A DNA stretch of 46,060 nucleotides from sequence record ON185589.1, one strand, 5' to 3'. The notes under the pieces were generated by a model. The model had not been told where the DNA came from. It did no database searches and was given only the letters and a program-made list of their open reading frames with translations. Made by a program: the position numbers and the translations under genes. Source of the stretch: Escherichia phage EC147. Of this stretch, positions 45,421 to 46,060 are shown piece after piece (the first letter of the stretch is position 1; each line of letters begins with the position of its first letter).

Positions 45421-45449
45421 TTGACAACGATTTCCTGATTGGATAGCAT
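45421..45449 (+). promoter_or_regulatory. sigma70-like promoter (TTGACA-17-TAGCAT) at the start of a structured leader
   Basis: TTGACA at 45421-26 immediately after the upstream stop; 17-nt spacer; TAGCAT at 45444-49; near-palindrome GATTGGATAGCATATCAATC in the spacer/-10. Confidence 0.4.
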
Positions 45450-45510
45450 ATCAATCGTTTACATAAGAGCGGCTAAGGCCGAACGGGTGGCGCGGTTGCC
45501 ACGCAACAAC

Positions 45511-45552
45511 GGCGATATGCAGGTTTTTACCGTAAGACGTATCGCCTTTTTA
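45511..45552 (+). terminator. terminator / attenuator-like hairpin in the leader
   Basis: GGCGATA..TATCGCC followed by TTTTT, ending 13 nt before ATG 45565; contains a 12-codon mini-ORF (45517..45555). Confidence 0.45.
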
Positions 45553-45564
45553 TGAGGATAAAGA

Positions 45565-45747
45565 ATGAAGTGGAAAGTTATCCTTACCATACGGAAAATG
45601 GGCAGGAACTGCGCGACATGTAAACAAGAATTTGAAACAACTGTTACGGCATGTAGCGCCGAGATGGCAGTAAGACTGGCAAAAGATTACTCCGGAGCCA
45701 ATCAAGAAACGCACCAGTTTTCAGTTAATTTAGTGAGGAAAATATAA
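45565..45747 (+). CDS. hypothetical protein
   Basis: 60 aa, RBS GAGGA; basic; Cys pair CATC. Confidence 0.5.
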   Translation: MKWKVILTIRKMGRNCATCKQEFETTVTACSAEMAVRLAKDYSGANQETHQFSVNLVRKI

Positions 45748-45980
45748 TGTTAAACTTAATTTCTGCCTTTGTTGTTGGTTTTGTTTTTGCTGTAATTATT
45801 TTGCTTATAGCGTCGGAAAAGATTTGCAAATTTTTTGCTAAGAACGGGAAGTTTGCAAGCGCGACATGGAATAACAAGATGCAGCGATGGGATGTGCGCG
45901 GTCACTATCTGACGATTGGTAGCAAAATCCATCAGCATCTGAAGAATCAAGAAGATGAAAAAGTAAAATACAAGTGTTGA
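45747..45980 (+). CDS. hypothetical membrane protein
   Basis: 77 aa; N-terminal TMD LISAFVVGFVFAVIILLIA; RBS GAGGAAA; TAATG overlap with upstream gene. Confidence 0.5.
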   Translation: MLNLISAFVVGFVFAVIILLIASEKICKFFAKNGKFASATWNNKMQRWDVRGHYLTIGSKIHQHLKNQEDEKVKYKC

Positions 45981-45986
45981 ACAACT

Positions 45987-46011
45987 ACCCGCCAAATGGC
46001 GGGTTTTTTAT
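45987..46011 (+). terminator. rho-independent terminator
   Basis: ACCCGCC-AAAT-GGCGGGT followed by TTTTTT; then TATAAT and AAGGAGG at the window edge point to a gene starting just past 46060. Confidence 0.65.
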
Positions 46012-46060
46012 TGCCTGCAATTTGTCTATAATGATGCTTTGTTATAAAGGAGGGCGCATT

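Noticed and set aside
45450-45552. Possible tRNA in the structured leader
   Set aside because: No cloverleaf could be drawn: no 7-bp acceptor stem and no GTTCRANYC-like T-loop. Better explained as leader hairpins plus terminator.
1-46060. Prophage or integrative element interpretation
   Set aside because: No integrase, excisionase, CI-like repressor with immunity region, att-like direct repeats or flanking host genes; the content is that of a virulent phage genome.

Overview
The window reads as a nearly complete genome of a virulent T1-like siphophage of enterobacteria. That assignment is inferred from gene content and order only; no database search was possible. Layout: plus-strand packaging, head and tail module from 1 to 20.9 kb (TerS, HNH endonuclease, TerL, portal, capsid genes, tail chaperone with -1 frameshift, tape measure, lambda-like M/L/K/I/J tail tip); cor-like lipoprotein (minus); an AT-rich repeat region; exonuclease, Erf and SSB (plus); a transcriptionally insulated minus-strand block of Gly-rich and coiled-coil proteins (24.3-26.9 kb); primase and an HTH regulator (minus); helicase, VRR-NUC, Dam and a phosphoesterase (plus); a lysis cassette of holin, SAR-endolysin and unimolecular spanin (plus); then two divergent operons of small unknown ORFs (34.9-40.3 kb minus, 41.0-46.0 kb plus) separated by an iteron-rich candidate origin. 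No integrase, CI-like repressor, tRNA, rRNA or CRISPR array was seen. The most notable signals are: (1) at least 13 near-identical 21-bp elements (AATAGCACTTTTTGTTAAAAC) at a fixed distance upstream of -10 hexamers where a -35 would be; (2) a 16-bp perfect tandem duplication that frameshifts and splits a gene; (3) an iteron and GATC-rich intergenic region; (4) a compact C5-methyltransferase-like gene coupled to a Cys-rich ORF, alongside Dam. All coordinates for hairpins and promoters are approximate to a few bases.
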